DNA of 63,300 bases. It comes from an uncultured Candidatus Saccharibacteria bacterium. GTDB taxonomy: Bacteria; Patescibacteriota; Saccharimonadia; Saccharimonadales; Saccharimonadaceae. Where the stretch lies: NCBI GenBank assembly GCA_964292495.1, contig CAXYVX010000001.1, forward strand, positions 1 to 63,300, written 5' to 3'. Below the pieces are notes generated by a model. It did no database searches, was not told the DNA's origin, and was given only the letters and a program-made list of their open reading frames with translations. The position numbers and the translations under genes were made by a program. Positions 28,132-36,058 of the stretch are shown in pieces (position 1 is the first letter of the stretch; every line of letters begins with the position of its first letter).

Positions 28132-28316
28132 TTCTGTGAAAAGTTTTTCCACACCACGTTGTTGAAATCACAATTGTAAAACATTGTGTAGTTAAAATAT
28201 CTGTACTAAACTGATTATGTATATTATTATATAAAAACAAAGATTTAAATTGAGCCAAAGGAGACAAGCCCAATGAAAAACCTATCTATTAGCTTAAAAT
28301 CGCGTGGTCGGAAAAA

Positions 28317-29753
28317 ATGATCACAGGAGCAATCCTGCTCTCGGCTTCTTTATTAGCTCTTGGAGCCTCTTTTATTTTTGCGAAAACACCGAACGCGAAC
28401 GCAGAATCTTCCTCGGATATTGTCATCCGTATCACAAATCAAGGTGATGGAGCAATAAATGATATTTGGGACTCGCCGGTTAATTACAGTAGTAGCAACC
28501 CAGGGTGTTTGGCGTCTGGCACGCTCAATGCTCAAGCGTCAGTTGATCTGGGAAACTGTGCGGTCGGCGACACAATTACCATTTCTGAGAGCGTTCCAGG
28601 CGTGAGTTTTAGGCAGTGGAACGGTAATAACTATAACCCATTATTTAGTAGTAATAATAATGTTAAGGCGGTTATTGACTCCATGCCGGCAATGAACGCA
28701 TTCACCACTGACAGCACCGGGGAGACAGCAGGAGACAACTTCTTTTCCAAATTCAACTATAATGGCGCCCTCACCTCATTCCCAGCGGGCTCATTTGACA
28801 CGAGCAACATCACAACAGTGGGCAACTATTTTTTCGCGAGTTTCAACAGCTACGGCGCTCTCACTTCACTCCCAGCCGGCTCCTTTGATACCAGTAAAAT
28901 CACAGCATTAGGAGACTTTTTCTTTTCCTTTTTTAACGACTCCGGCGCCCTCACTTCACTCCCAGCTGGTTCATTTGACACCAGCAACATCACAACAGCG
29001 GGTAACTATTCCTTCAATAGTTTTAACTCCTTCGGCGCCCTCACTTCGCTCCCGCTTGGTTCTTTTGACACTAGTAAAATTACAACAGCAGGCAACAATT
29101 TCTTCAATGGTTTTAACTCCTACGGCGCCCTCACCTCACTCCCGGCCGGTTCCTTTAATACTAGTAAAATCACAACAGTAGGAGACGGTTTCTTTAATAG
29201 CTTCAACTCCTCCGGCACCCTCACCTCGCTCCCAGCCGGCTCATTTGACACCAGTAAAATTACGACGCCAGGCGACAATTTCTTCCATAGTTTTAACTCC
29301 GATAACGGCAAACTTGTAAAATCCAACACCGGCATCCCGATCAAAAACGTTTCCTCGAATCCAGTTGATTTCCAATCATGGAACGGCGCTTCATCGGACA
29401 CGAACACGGTCAATTCTGGCGACACCTTTGAATTCTACGCAGTAAACGCATGGAACTACACAATTAACGCAGACAGTGGCAACCTCACCGGTGGAACAGT
29501 TATCGGCGTAATAGACGAAGGCACTCTCGTCCAGCTCCCAACCACCGCTACCCGCGAAGGCTACACTTTCGCCGGATTCACATCAAGCGCGTGGACTGGA
29601 ACCAAAAACCTCGGTGAAACGTTTACTTTAACAGGCGACACAGAAATCACCGCAACTTGGACCAAAAACGCTGATCCTGCGCCAAATCCAACACCAAACC
29701 CAGACAACGGCGGTCAAACACCAGCCGCACCAAACACGGGGTTCCGCAAATAA
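28317..29753 (+). CDS. secreted BspA-type leucine-rich-repeat surface protein with a Listeria-Bacteroides (Flg_new-like) repeat and a truncated PNTG sorting signal
   Basis: Hydrophobic signal ITGAILLSASLLALGASFIFA..ANA. Six 30-aa repeats GALTSLPAGSFDTS(N/K)ITT.GN.FF.SFNS. REGYTFAGFT...TGDTEITATW. Ends AAPNTGFRK*. The SD-led ATG at 28273 is in another frame. Confidence 0.8.
   Translation: MITGAILLSASLLALGASFIFAKTPNANAESSSDIVIRITNQGDGAINDIWDSPVNYSSSNPGCLASGTLNAQASVDLGNCAVGDTITISESVPGVSFRQWNGNNYNPLFSSNNNVKAVIDSMPAMNAFTTDSTGETAGDNFFSKFNYNGALTSFPAGSFDTSNITTVGNYFFASFNSYGALTSLPAGSFDTSKITALGDFFFSFFNDSGALTSLPAGSFDTSNITTAGNYSFNSFNSFGALTSLPLGSFDTSKITTAGNNFFNGFNSYGALTSLPAGSFNTSKITTVGDGFFNSFNSSGTLTSLPAGSFDTSKITTPGDNFFHSFNSDNGKLVKSNTGIPIKNVSSNPVDFQSWNGASSDTNTVNSGDTFEFYAVNAWNYTINADSGNLTGGTVIGVIDEGTLVQLPTTATREGYTFAGFTSSAWTGTKNLGETFTLTGDTEITATWTKNADPAPNPTPNPDNGGQTPAAPNTGFRK
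28754..29294 (+). repeat. six tandem 90-bp coding repeats (LRR units)
   Basis: Period of 30 codons read directly from the translation and DNA (..ggcgccctcacctc(a/g)ctcccagc(c/t)gg..). Confidence 0.85.
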
Positions 29754-29793
29754 TTTTATTTGAGCTGAGAAATAGATAGTTTCGCGAAAAACT

Positions 29794-29801
29794 TGTATAC
29801 T
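29794..29801 (+). promoter_or_regulatory. TG-TATACT 6 nt before the ruvB ATG (leaderless), palindrome just upstream
   Basis: TTCGCGAA (29781-88), AAACT, TG-TATACT (29794-801), GTTTAT, ATG at 29808. Confidence 0.5.
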
Positions 29802-29807
29802 GTTTAT

Positions 29808-30827
29808 ATGCCTATCAAAAATCTTGAAAACGATGAAAAAACGCGAATTGTGAGCGCCGACTTTTCAGAGTATTCCGACGAAAATGAAACAAATCTTCGC
29901 CCGCAAACTTTCTCGGAATATATTGGCCAGCCGCGTTTGAAGCAGAATTTGGCGCTGGCGATTGAGGCTGCGAAGAAGCGCGGGGAGGCGATTGATCATG
30001 TGCTTTTATATGGTCCTCCTGGGTTGGGAAAAACCACGATGGCGGGCGTGATTGCGAATGAAATGGGCGCAAATCTGAAAGTTACATCTGGTCCAGCGAT
30101 CAAAAAATCCGGAGATCTCGCGATGCTTTTGACGAATCTTGAAGACGGCGACGTGCTTTTTATTGACGAAATTCACCGCTTGAACACGGCAATTGAAGAG
30201 GTTTTATACTCGGCGATGGAGGATTATAAATTGGATATTATCATCGGTGAAGGGCCAAGCGCGAAAAGTGTGCGACTGGATTTGCCCCGTTTCACAGTGA
30301 TTGGCGCGACAACGCGGACGGGGAGTTTGGCGGCGCCGTTGCGAGACCGTTTTGGGCACGTTTTTCGCCTGGAATTCTACAGTGACGACGAAATTCGCGA
30401 AATTATTGAACGCTCAGCCGGGATTTTGAAAACGGATATTTCGCGAAAATCGGCGGAAATTATTGCTGAACGATCACGAAAAACTCCGCGTATTGCGAAC
30501 AGATTATTAAAGAGAGTCAGGGATTTTGCGGAAGTCAAAAGCAATGGAAAAATTGACCAAGAAACCGCCGTTGAATCCATGAAAATGATGGAAATTGACG
30601 CGCTCGGGCTGGATCCAGCAGACCGCGAAATGCTCGCAAAAATGCGCGAAAATTACGGAGAAAAACCAGTTGGAATCGCCACAATTGCAGCGCTCACCGG
30701 AGATGAGATCTCTACGCTTGAAGATTTTATTGAGCCGTATTTGCTTCAGATCGGGTTTTTGATCAAGACACCACGCGGACGGCAAATTTCGCGAAAAGCT
30801 GTGGAATTTTTGGAGCGCAGAAAGTGA
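29808..30827 (+). CDS. ruvB: Holliday junction branch-migration helicase RuvB
   Basis: LRPQTFSEYIGQ, GPPGLGKTT, LFIDEIHRL, and RuvB winged-helix C-terminus. ATG 29808 is preferred over TTG 29793. Confidence 0.95.
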   Translation: MPIKNLENDEKTRIVSADFSEYSDENETNLRPQTFSEYIGQPRLKQNLALAIEAAKKRGEAIDHVLLYGPPGLGKTTMAGVIANEMGANLKVTSGPAIKKSGDLAMLLTNLEDGDVLFIDEIHRLNTAIEEVLYSAMEDYKLDIIIGEGPSAKSVRLDLPRFTVIGATTRTGSLAAPLRDRFGHVFRLEFYSDDEIREIIERSAGILKTDISRKSAEIIAERSRKTPRIANRLLKRVRDFAEVKSNGKIDQETAVESMKMMEIDALGLDPADREMLAKMRENYGEKPVGIATIAALTGDEISTLEDFIEPYLLQIGFLIKTPRGRQISRKAVEFLERRK

Positions 30828-31453
30828 TAGAAGTTGAGAAATATTTGCGGAAATTCCCGAGTGATCAAGATCAAATTTCGCTTTCTGAATTACGAATTAT
30901 TTTGAAGGAATTTGCGAAAAATTTGGATGAAAAAGTACTTGGAGATGTGGTTGAATTCGGGTGCTATAAAGGTGAAACTAGCGAATTTTTCTTTGAAATT
31001 TTACGCGATGAAAAATCACAAAAAAACTTATGGCTTTACGATTCTTTTGAAGGTCTTCCGCAAAAAACAAGAGAAGATTTTTCAATTATTGGTGTGGATT
31101 TTAAGAAGGGAGAACTTTTTGCGGCTAAGGCAAAAATTGAGGAAAAATTTGCGAAAATTGGCGCAAAAAACGTGCGAATTGTAAAAGGATTTTTCGCGGA
31201 AATTGCCGACCGAAAAGTCCCAAATGAAATCTGTTTTGCATTTTTTGACGGCGATTTTTACGCGTCAATTCGCGATTCCTTCGCGAAATGCGAGAAAAAA
31301 TTCGCGAGCAAAGCGACGATAATTGTTGACGATTACAGCAATGAAAAACTGCCGGGAGCAAAGAAAGCTGTTGACGAATGGTGTGAAAAAAACGCGAAAA
31401 AAATTGAAAACTTTCGCGAAGAAAAATCATTGGCGATCATCAACTTGAAGTGA
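30824..31453 (+). CDS. TylF/macrocin-O-methyltransferase-like class I SAM methyltransferase
   Basis: GDVVEFGCYKGETS, LWLYDSFEGLP, FFDGDFY, IIVDDY. The GTG start overlaps the ruvB stop. Confidence 0.65.
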   Translation: MIEVEKYLRKFPSDQDQISLSELRIILKEFAKNLDEKVLGDVVEFGCYKGETSEFFFEILRDEKSQKNLWLYDSFEGLPQKTREDFSIIGVDFKKGELFAAKAKIEEKFAKIGAKNVRIVKGFFAEIADRKVPNEICFAFFDGDFYASIRDSFAKCEKKFASKATIIVDDYSNEKLPGAKKAVDEWCEKNAKKIENFREEKSLAIINLK

Positions 31454-31502
31454 AATAACAGATTAAAAATTGATTTTTCCACAGGAATTTTGCGAAAAAG
31501 TC

Positions 31503-31531
31503 TTGACATAAAAAGTATGAAAAGTTATACT
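31503..31531 (+). promoter_or_regulatory. promoter TTGACA-N17-TATACT, 6 nt before ATG 31538 (leaderless)
   Basis: TTGACA at 31503-08, TATACT at 31526-31, then TCTTGC, then ATG. Confidence 0.6.
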
Positions 31532-31537
31532 TCTTGC

Positions 31538-31816
31538 ATGTCAAAAAAAGATTTTGATTTTCGAGTGTTCGGCGTCGTAAAGATGGGCGAGAAGGGCCAA
31601 TTGGTCATTCCTGCCAACGCGCGAGAAGAGATCGGCATTCGCCCAGGAAGCGAAGTTGTGATGTTTGGTAGTTGCAAGAAAAAAGTTCTTGCTGGAATGC
31701 GCGAAGAAGATTTTCGCGAATTTCTGTCTAAATTCGGTGAAAAAATCGGAGAAGCGGCGGAAGATTTCGCGAAAAATACCGACGGCAAAAAATCGGAAAT
31801 TAAAATCAATAAATAG
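31538..31816 (+). CDS. AbrB/MazE/SpoVT-type DNA-binding protein
   Basis: KMGEKGQLVIPANAREEIGIRPGSEVVMF matches the swapped-hairpin (SpoVT_AbrB) motif. Confidence 0.7.
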   Translation: MSKKDFDFRVFGVVKMGEKGQLVIPANAREEIGIRPGSEVVMFGSCKKKVLAGMREEDFREFLSKFGEKIGEAAEDFAKNTDGKKSEIKINK

Positions 31817-31827
31817 GAAGGATTAAG

Positions 31828-33909
31828 ATGTTTAAGAGAAAAACTCGCGATCAATTCACGACCAAAACAAAAGTGGCCGCGGAGGGCATTTCGCGAAAAT
31901 CTAAGAATGAGGCGAAAATTGCGGAGAACGCAAAAAAAGGCTTGCCTCTTTTGAATCACCTCAGTAATGGGCGAAAAATCGTCATCATGCTCGCGGTGAT
32001 GAGCGCAACTTTTTTGGTGGCGCTTGACAGCACAATTATGAGCACCGCGATCAATAAAATCGCGAGTGATTTCAACGCTTACAGTTCGTATAGCTGGTTG
32101 TTGACGAGTTATTTATTGACTTTCACGATTGCGATTCCGATCGGCGGAAAACTTTCGGATTTGTTTGGACGTAAAAACATGCTTTTGTTTGGCCTGTTTG
32201 TCTTTGTGTTGGGATCTCTTGGAAGTTCGGCTTCTGGCGACATTATGTGGCTGATTATTTGGCGCGCAGTTCAAGGTCTTGGCGGCGGCGTGATTATGGC
32301 GAACGCTTTCACGATCATTGGAGATTTATTCACACCGCGAGAGCGAGGACGCTGGCAGGGTTTGATTTCGTCAGTGTTTGGGCTGGCAAGTGTTGCTGGG
32401 CCTCTGATCGGCGGGGCATTTGCTGACGCTGGAACAATTCTTTCAATTGCTGGCTGGCGCTGGAATTTCCTGATCAATATCCCGATTGGAATTGCTGCGA
32501 TTGCGTTGATTTGGGTGTTAACTCCGCTCATCAAACACGCAAAAAACGCGAAAGTTGACTGGTTTGGCGCTGGCGCGATCGCGATTTCGGCGGCCGCATT
32601 GATTTTCGCGACGGACAACGCCGCGGAAACATTTAAGTTTTTGACCGACAAAGGTTGGTCGCTTGGGCTGATCCAGCTCGGGCTATGGGCTGTGGTGGCA
32701 GTGTTTGCTGGACTGTTCGTGCTCGCTGAACACAAGGCTCACGACCCAATCATCCCGAACCGTTTCTGGACAAACAGAACTTATTTATTCTCTATGATTG
32801 CTTGGATTTTCTTCGGCGCAGCGATGATGAGCTTTATTTTGTACATCACGCAATTTAACCAGCAAGTTTTCTTGGCGGGCAATAAACATGCGGCAACAAT
32901 CAGCGGACTGATGCTTTTGCCGGCAATTCTCGGGATGTCAGCGACTTCCGCTGTGAGTGGAATTTTGGTGACGAAAACTGGGCGATATAAAGCAATGATG
33001 GTTGTCGGGTTTGTGATGGTCACGATCGCGGGTATTGCCGCGACGACCTTGAACGCAAATTCTCCGTATTGGTACGAAGCGATTTGGCAGATTGTGGCTG
33101 GAATTGGCTTGGGAATGAGCATGCCGACATTGAACTTGGCAGTTCAGAACGCTTTCCATCAAAAAGATTTGGGTGTTGCGACGTCCAGCTCACAGTTCTT
33201 CCGTTCGCTCGGGCAGACCATTGGTACGGCTGTGCTTGGTTCCATGATGACCGCCGGCGTCGCGGGATTGATCGGCGATGTTCCAAAAATGGATTTTGTG
33301 AAAGATATTCAACTTTTCGCGAAAACTGAGACCAACAAAGACCTTTCGGGCATGGTTGAAAATGCAACGATTGACAGCAACTTCGCGATCAGTATCAGCG
33401 GATTCATCAGTAAAGACACTGTGAAAGACATGCAAAACGGTGTGAACGAAGGCTATGTGAAAATCAACGACGCGGTCAAAGACGCGCAAAATTCCGTCCT
33501 GGAACAAACTGCGCTGAAAATGAATATCCCAGCGAGCGCCATCCCGGAAACCGCAAAACAGAAAATTTTCTCGCAAGTTCGCGAAAAAGTTCTTGCAAGT
33601 TTGCCGTCCAGTAAAAAAGATTTGACATATTCTGAAATTGAGCAGCTCACGAAAAATCTGAGCGGAGATTTTGATAAATTCCACAAAGCCGTGGTTGACG
33701 CGTTTGTCAAAGAACTTTCGCAAATATTTATGATTGTTTCAATTCTCTCGGCAACTGGCGCAATAATCGTGGCGTTTGGCGTGAAAGAGCACAAACTTCG
33801 TGGCGGTACCGAAGGAACACCAGGGATTGAACCGTCAAAAGGTGAAAAAGTTGAGGAAGACGAAGCTCACGAAAAATGGTCAAAACGCGTTAAAAACGCA
33901 AAGAAATAA
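31828..33909 (+). CDS. MFS transporter, DHA2 (14-TMS, EmrB/QacA-like) with a long hydrophilic C-terminal region
   Basis: LDSTIMSTAINKIASDF, GKLSDLFGRK (motif A), and multiple TMs. GGAAGGA RBS. Confidence 0.85.
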   Translation: MFKRKTRDQFTTKTKVAAEGISRKSKNEAKIAENAKKGLPLLNHLSNGRKIVIMLAVMSATFLVALDSTIMSTAINKIASDFNAYSSYSWLLTSYLLTFTIAIPIGGKLSDLFGRKNMLLFGLFVFVLGSLGSSASGDIMWLIIWRAVQGLGGGVIMANAFTIIGDLFTPRERGRWQGLISSVFGLASVAGPLIGGAFADAGTILSIAGWRWNFLINIPIGIAAIALIWVLTPLIKHAKNAKVDWFGAGAIAISAAALIFATDNAAETFKFLTDKGWSLGLIQLGLWAVVAVFAGLFVLAEHKAHDPIIPNRFWTNRTYLFSMIAWIFFGAAMMSFILYITQFNQQVFLAGNKHAATISGLMLLPAILGMSATSAVSGILVTKTGRYKAMMVVGFVMVTIAGIAATTLNANSPYWYEAIWQIVAGIGLGMSMPTLNLAVQNAFHQKDLGVATSSSQFFRSLGQTIGTAVLGSMMTAGVAGLIGDVPKMDFVKDIQLFAKTETNKDLSGMVENATIDSNFAISISGFISKDTVKDMQNGVNEGYVKINDAVKDAQNSVLEQTALKMNIPASAIPETAKQKIFSQVREKVLASLPSSKKDLTYSEIEQLTKNLSGDFDKFHKAVVDAFVKELSQIFMIVSILSATGAIIVAFGVKEHKLRGGTEGTPGIEPSKGEKVEEDEAHEKWSKRVKNAKK

Positions 33910-33917
33910 CCAAATAA

Positions 33918-33945
33918 ATCGCCTGAGAAATCGGGCGATTTTTTC
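33918..33945 (+). terminator. rho-independent terminator
   Basis: Stem ATCGCC/GGCGAT, 10-nt loop, TTTTTT. Confidence 0.65.
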
Positions 33946-34000
33946 GCGAAAAATTAACTTTGCCGGTATGCTATAATTATTTAAATCAACCAATTCAAGG

Positions 34001-34846
34001 ATGTTCCATATGGAAAACGTAGACAAAAATAATTTGCCGGACGCGAAGAAGGTGGAACAGAAGAAAACCAAGCTTGGTTTGATAATTGGTCTGAGCGTTG
34101 GCGCCGCGGTTTTGGCGATAATTGGAATCGCGGTTGCGTTGATTTTTGCTTTTAGCATCAGTAAAGCTGATTGGCAAAAATCCGAAGATCATCTTGATTC
34201 GTTGAATTCTTTTATTAAAAAAACGAATACGGTTATTGAGGATGATGTTTCAGAAATGACTGATTCTCCAACTCAGGAGAACATCGCGAAAGTCACGAGC
34301 GACATCAAAAAATATCGCGACGATTTGAAGGGCCGCATTTCTGATTTGTCGGCCGAAAAAGCGATTAAGCAAGATAAAAAAGCTGCTGATAAATTCGCGA
34401 AAATCAACACAATTTACAAAAAATACGACAATGAATTGGCGAAACTGGGCGTGATTTACGCAAAAGTTTTGCCGTTGTTTGGCGAGATGAAAGATTTGGG
34501 AAGCCGAGAAAATTCTCTCACTTCATTCAGCGATGTGAAAAGTTTAGCCAATAAATTTATTTCAATTGGCAATAAATTTGCTTTGGTTAAAACCGGATAT
34601 TCTGATATTGACGAGGTTGTTGCGAAAATTGGCGATGACATGAAAAAAATTGGTAATCAAATGAGCGGACTTTCTGCCGGCGATTTGAGTGGAGTCAGCA
34701 ATTTGACAGATTTGACAGACGAACTGGAAAGTGATTCCGAAGATTTAACAGATGTGTTTGAAAGCAGCCCAGTCAGCGACCTTGAAAGTGATTTTGACGA
34801 CGCTGTGTATGATCTGAGTGCGTATATTTCATTGCAAATAAAATAA
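34001..34846 (+). CDS. membrane-anchored hypothetical protein (1 TM + helical ectodomain)
   Basis: TM LGLIIGLSVGAAVLAIIGIAVALIFAF. The start could be ATG 34010. Confidence 0.6.
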   Translation: MFHMENVDKNNLPDAKKVEQKKTKLGLIIGLSVGAAVLAIIGIAVALIFAFSISKADWQKSEDHLDSLNSFIKKTNTVIEDDVSEMTDSPTQENIAKVTSDIKKYRDDLKGRISDLSAEKAIKQDKKAADKFAKINTIYKKYDNELAKLGVIYAKVLPLFGEMKDLGSRENSLTSFSDVKSLANKFISIGNKFALVKTGYSDIDEVVAKIGDDMKKIGNQMSGLSAGDLSGVSNLTDLTDELESDSEDLTDVFESSPVSDLESDFDDAVYDLSAYISLQIK

Positions 34847-34870
34847 TTTGTTTCCAACTTTTCGCGAAAA

Positions 34871-34879
34871 TGTTAGAAT
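34871..34879 (+). promoter_or_regulatory. extended -10 TGtTAGAAT 6 nt before the ATG (leaderless), palindrome adjacent
   Basis: TTCGCGAA (34861-68), AA, TGTTAGAAT (34871-79), ATACAG, ATG at 34886. Confidence 0.5.
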
Positions 34880-34885
34880 ATACAG

Positions 34886-35923
34886 ATGTTCGGTAATAAA
34901 AAAAATTCTGATTCGCGGCGGACGCCAAGGCTTGATGGGACATATAATGTGCCGAGATATCGCGAATATCAGTCGCCGAGAATGCGCCGTTTGATGCGCG
35001 ACGAAGAGCGGCAAAAGCGAGTCAGAATTTCGCGAAATTACGGATTGTTGCTTGTGGTTGCAATTGTGGCGAGCACGATTATAACCGGCGTCGCTGGCGG
35101 AAACGCGGTGATTCAAATGCAAAAAGCTGACACAATAAAAAAACAACATGCACCAACAACATTGATCAGTGAAGGCTTACAGAGTGAAATAAACAGGTTG
35201 TCGGCGCAGAATAATTTGCCAGGAGAACTTGATTCTTCGCTTCAACCAAATGGAGCGCAAGTTGCGGTGAGTTTGATTGATTTGAGCGATAAAAATCGCG
35301 GAGAAGTGCATTTTAATGATCAAACTCAGTGGACCAGTGCCAGCACGTACAAACTTTTTGTTGCGCTGGATATGAGTAAAGCTGTGGAAAGTGGGCGGTT
35401 GAATTGGAATTCTCCTCTGAATGGCGACACGATGGGTGGTTGTTTGAGCCAGATGATTCACGTTTCGGATAATGAATGCCCGGAAACTTGGCTCGCAACT
35501 TATTCGGATTATGAGAAGCTGACGCAGACTGCTAAAAATTTTGGGAGCAAGCAGACGGATTTCAATTACGGGAACATGACAACCAGCGCTGGCGATCTTG
35601 CCAACTTTTTGAAAAAGCTCTATCAAGGTGAATTGATGAATTCTGATGACACGAAAAATCTCATGGATCTTTTGGAACATCAACAATACCAGGACGGAAT
35701 TCCCGACGGAATCCAAAATAATATCAACGCAGGAAAAACACCGCAGGGAACTTTGGTCGCGGATAAAGTTGGATTTGTGGATGATTACACCGGCCCAATT
35801 CTGAATGACGCTTCAATTGTGTCCAGCCCGAACGGCGCATATGTTCTTGTTGTGATGGCTAATGGTTATTCATGGCAGTTTATTTCGCAGTTGACGAGCT
35901 GGATTGATGCGCAAATGGAGTGA
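34886..35923 (+). CDS. membrane-anchored serine hydrolase, class A beta-lactamase/PBP-like
   Basis: S-x-x-K (SASTYKLF), SDN (HVSDNE), and a KTG-like DKVGF. Confidence 0.6.
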   Translation: MFGNKKNSDSRRTPRLDGTYNVPRYREYQSPRMRRLMRDEERQKRVRISRNYGLLLVVAIVASTIITGVAGGNAVIQMQKADTIKKQHAPTTLISEGLQSEINRLSAQNNLPGELDSSLQPNGAQVAVSLIDLSDKNRGEVHFNDQTQWTSASTYKLFVALDMSKAVESGRLNWNSPLNGDTMGGCLSQMIHVSDNECPETWLATYSDYEKLTQTAKNFGSKQTDFNYGNMTTSAGDLANFLKKLYQGELMNSDDTKNLMDLLEHQQYQDGIPDGIQNNINAGKTPQGTLVADKVGFVDDYTGPILNDASIVSSPNGAYVLVVMANGYSWQFISQLTSWIDAQME

Positions 35924-35937
35924 AATTCGCGAAATCA

Positions 35938-35946
35938 TGATAAAAT
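35938..35946 (+). promoter_or_regulatory. extended -10 TGaTAAAAT upstream of pnp (~110-nt leader)
   Basis: TTCGCGAA (35926-33), ATCA, TGATAAAAT (35938-46). The leader is GC-rich (GGCGCGAGCCGGAGGG..), possibly structured. Confidence 0.4.
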
Positions 35947-36058
35947 AGGAATGTAAAAATTAACGTCGGCGGTGAAAATTTTCGCAGGAACAGGCGCGAG
36001 CCGGAGGGTAGTTTCCTGGGAAAATTTGCACGGCTGACAGAGAGGAGTTTCGCAAAAA

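Noticed and set aside
28169-28188. The inverted repeat CACAAT-N8-ATTGTG upstream of the LRR surface gene, as a possible operator
   Set aside because: It is only 6 bp per arm in AT-rich DNA, and I could not place it sensibly relative to a -35/-10 pair. It is not distinguishable from chance.
28754-29294. Regular 90-bp repeats as a possible CRISPR array
   Set aside because: The repeats are contiguous with no unique spacers. They lie in frame inside a long ORF and encode a coherent 30-aa LRR unit. No cas genes are present.
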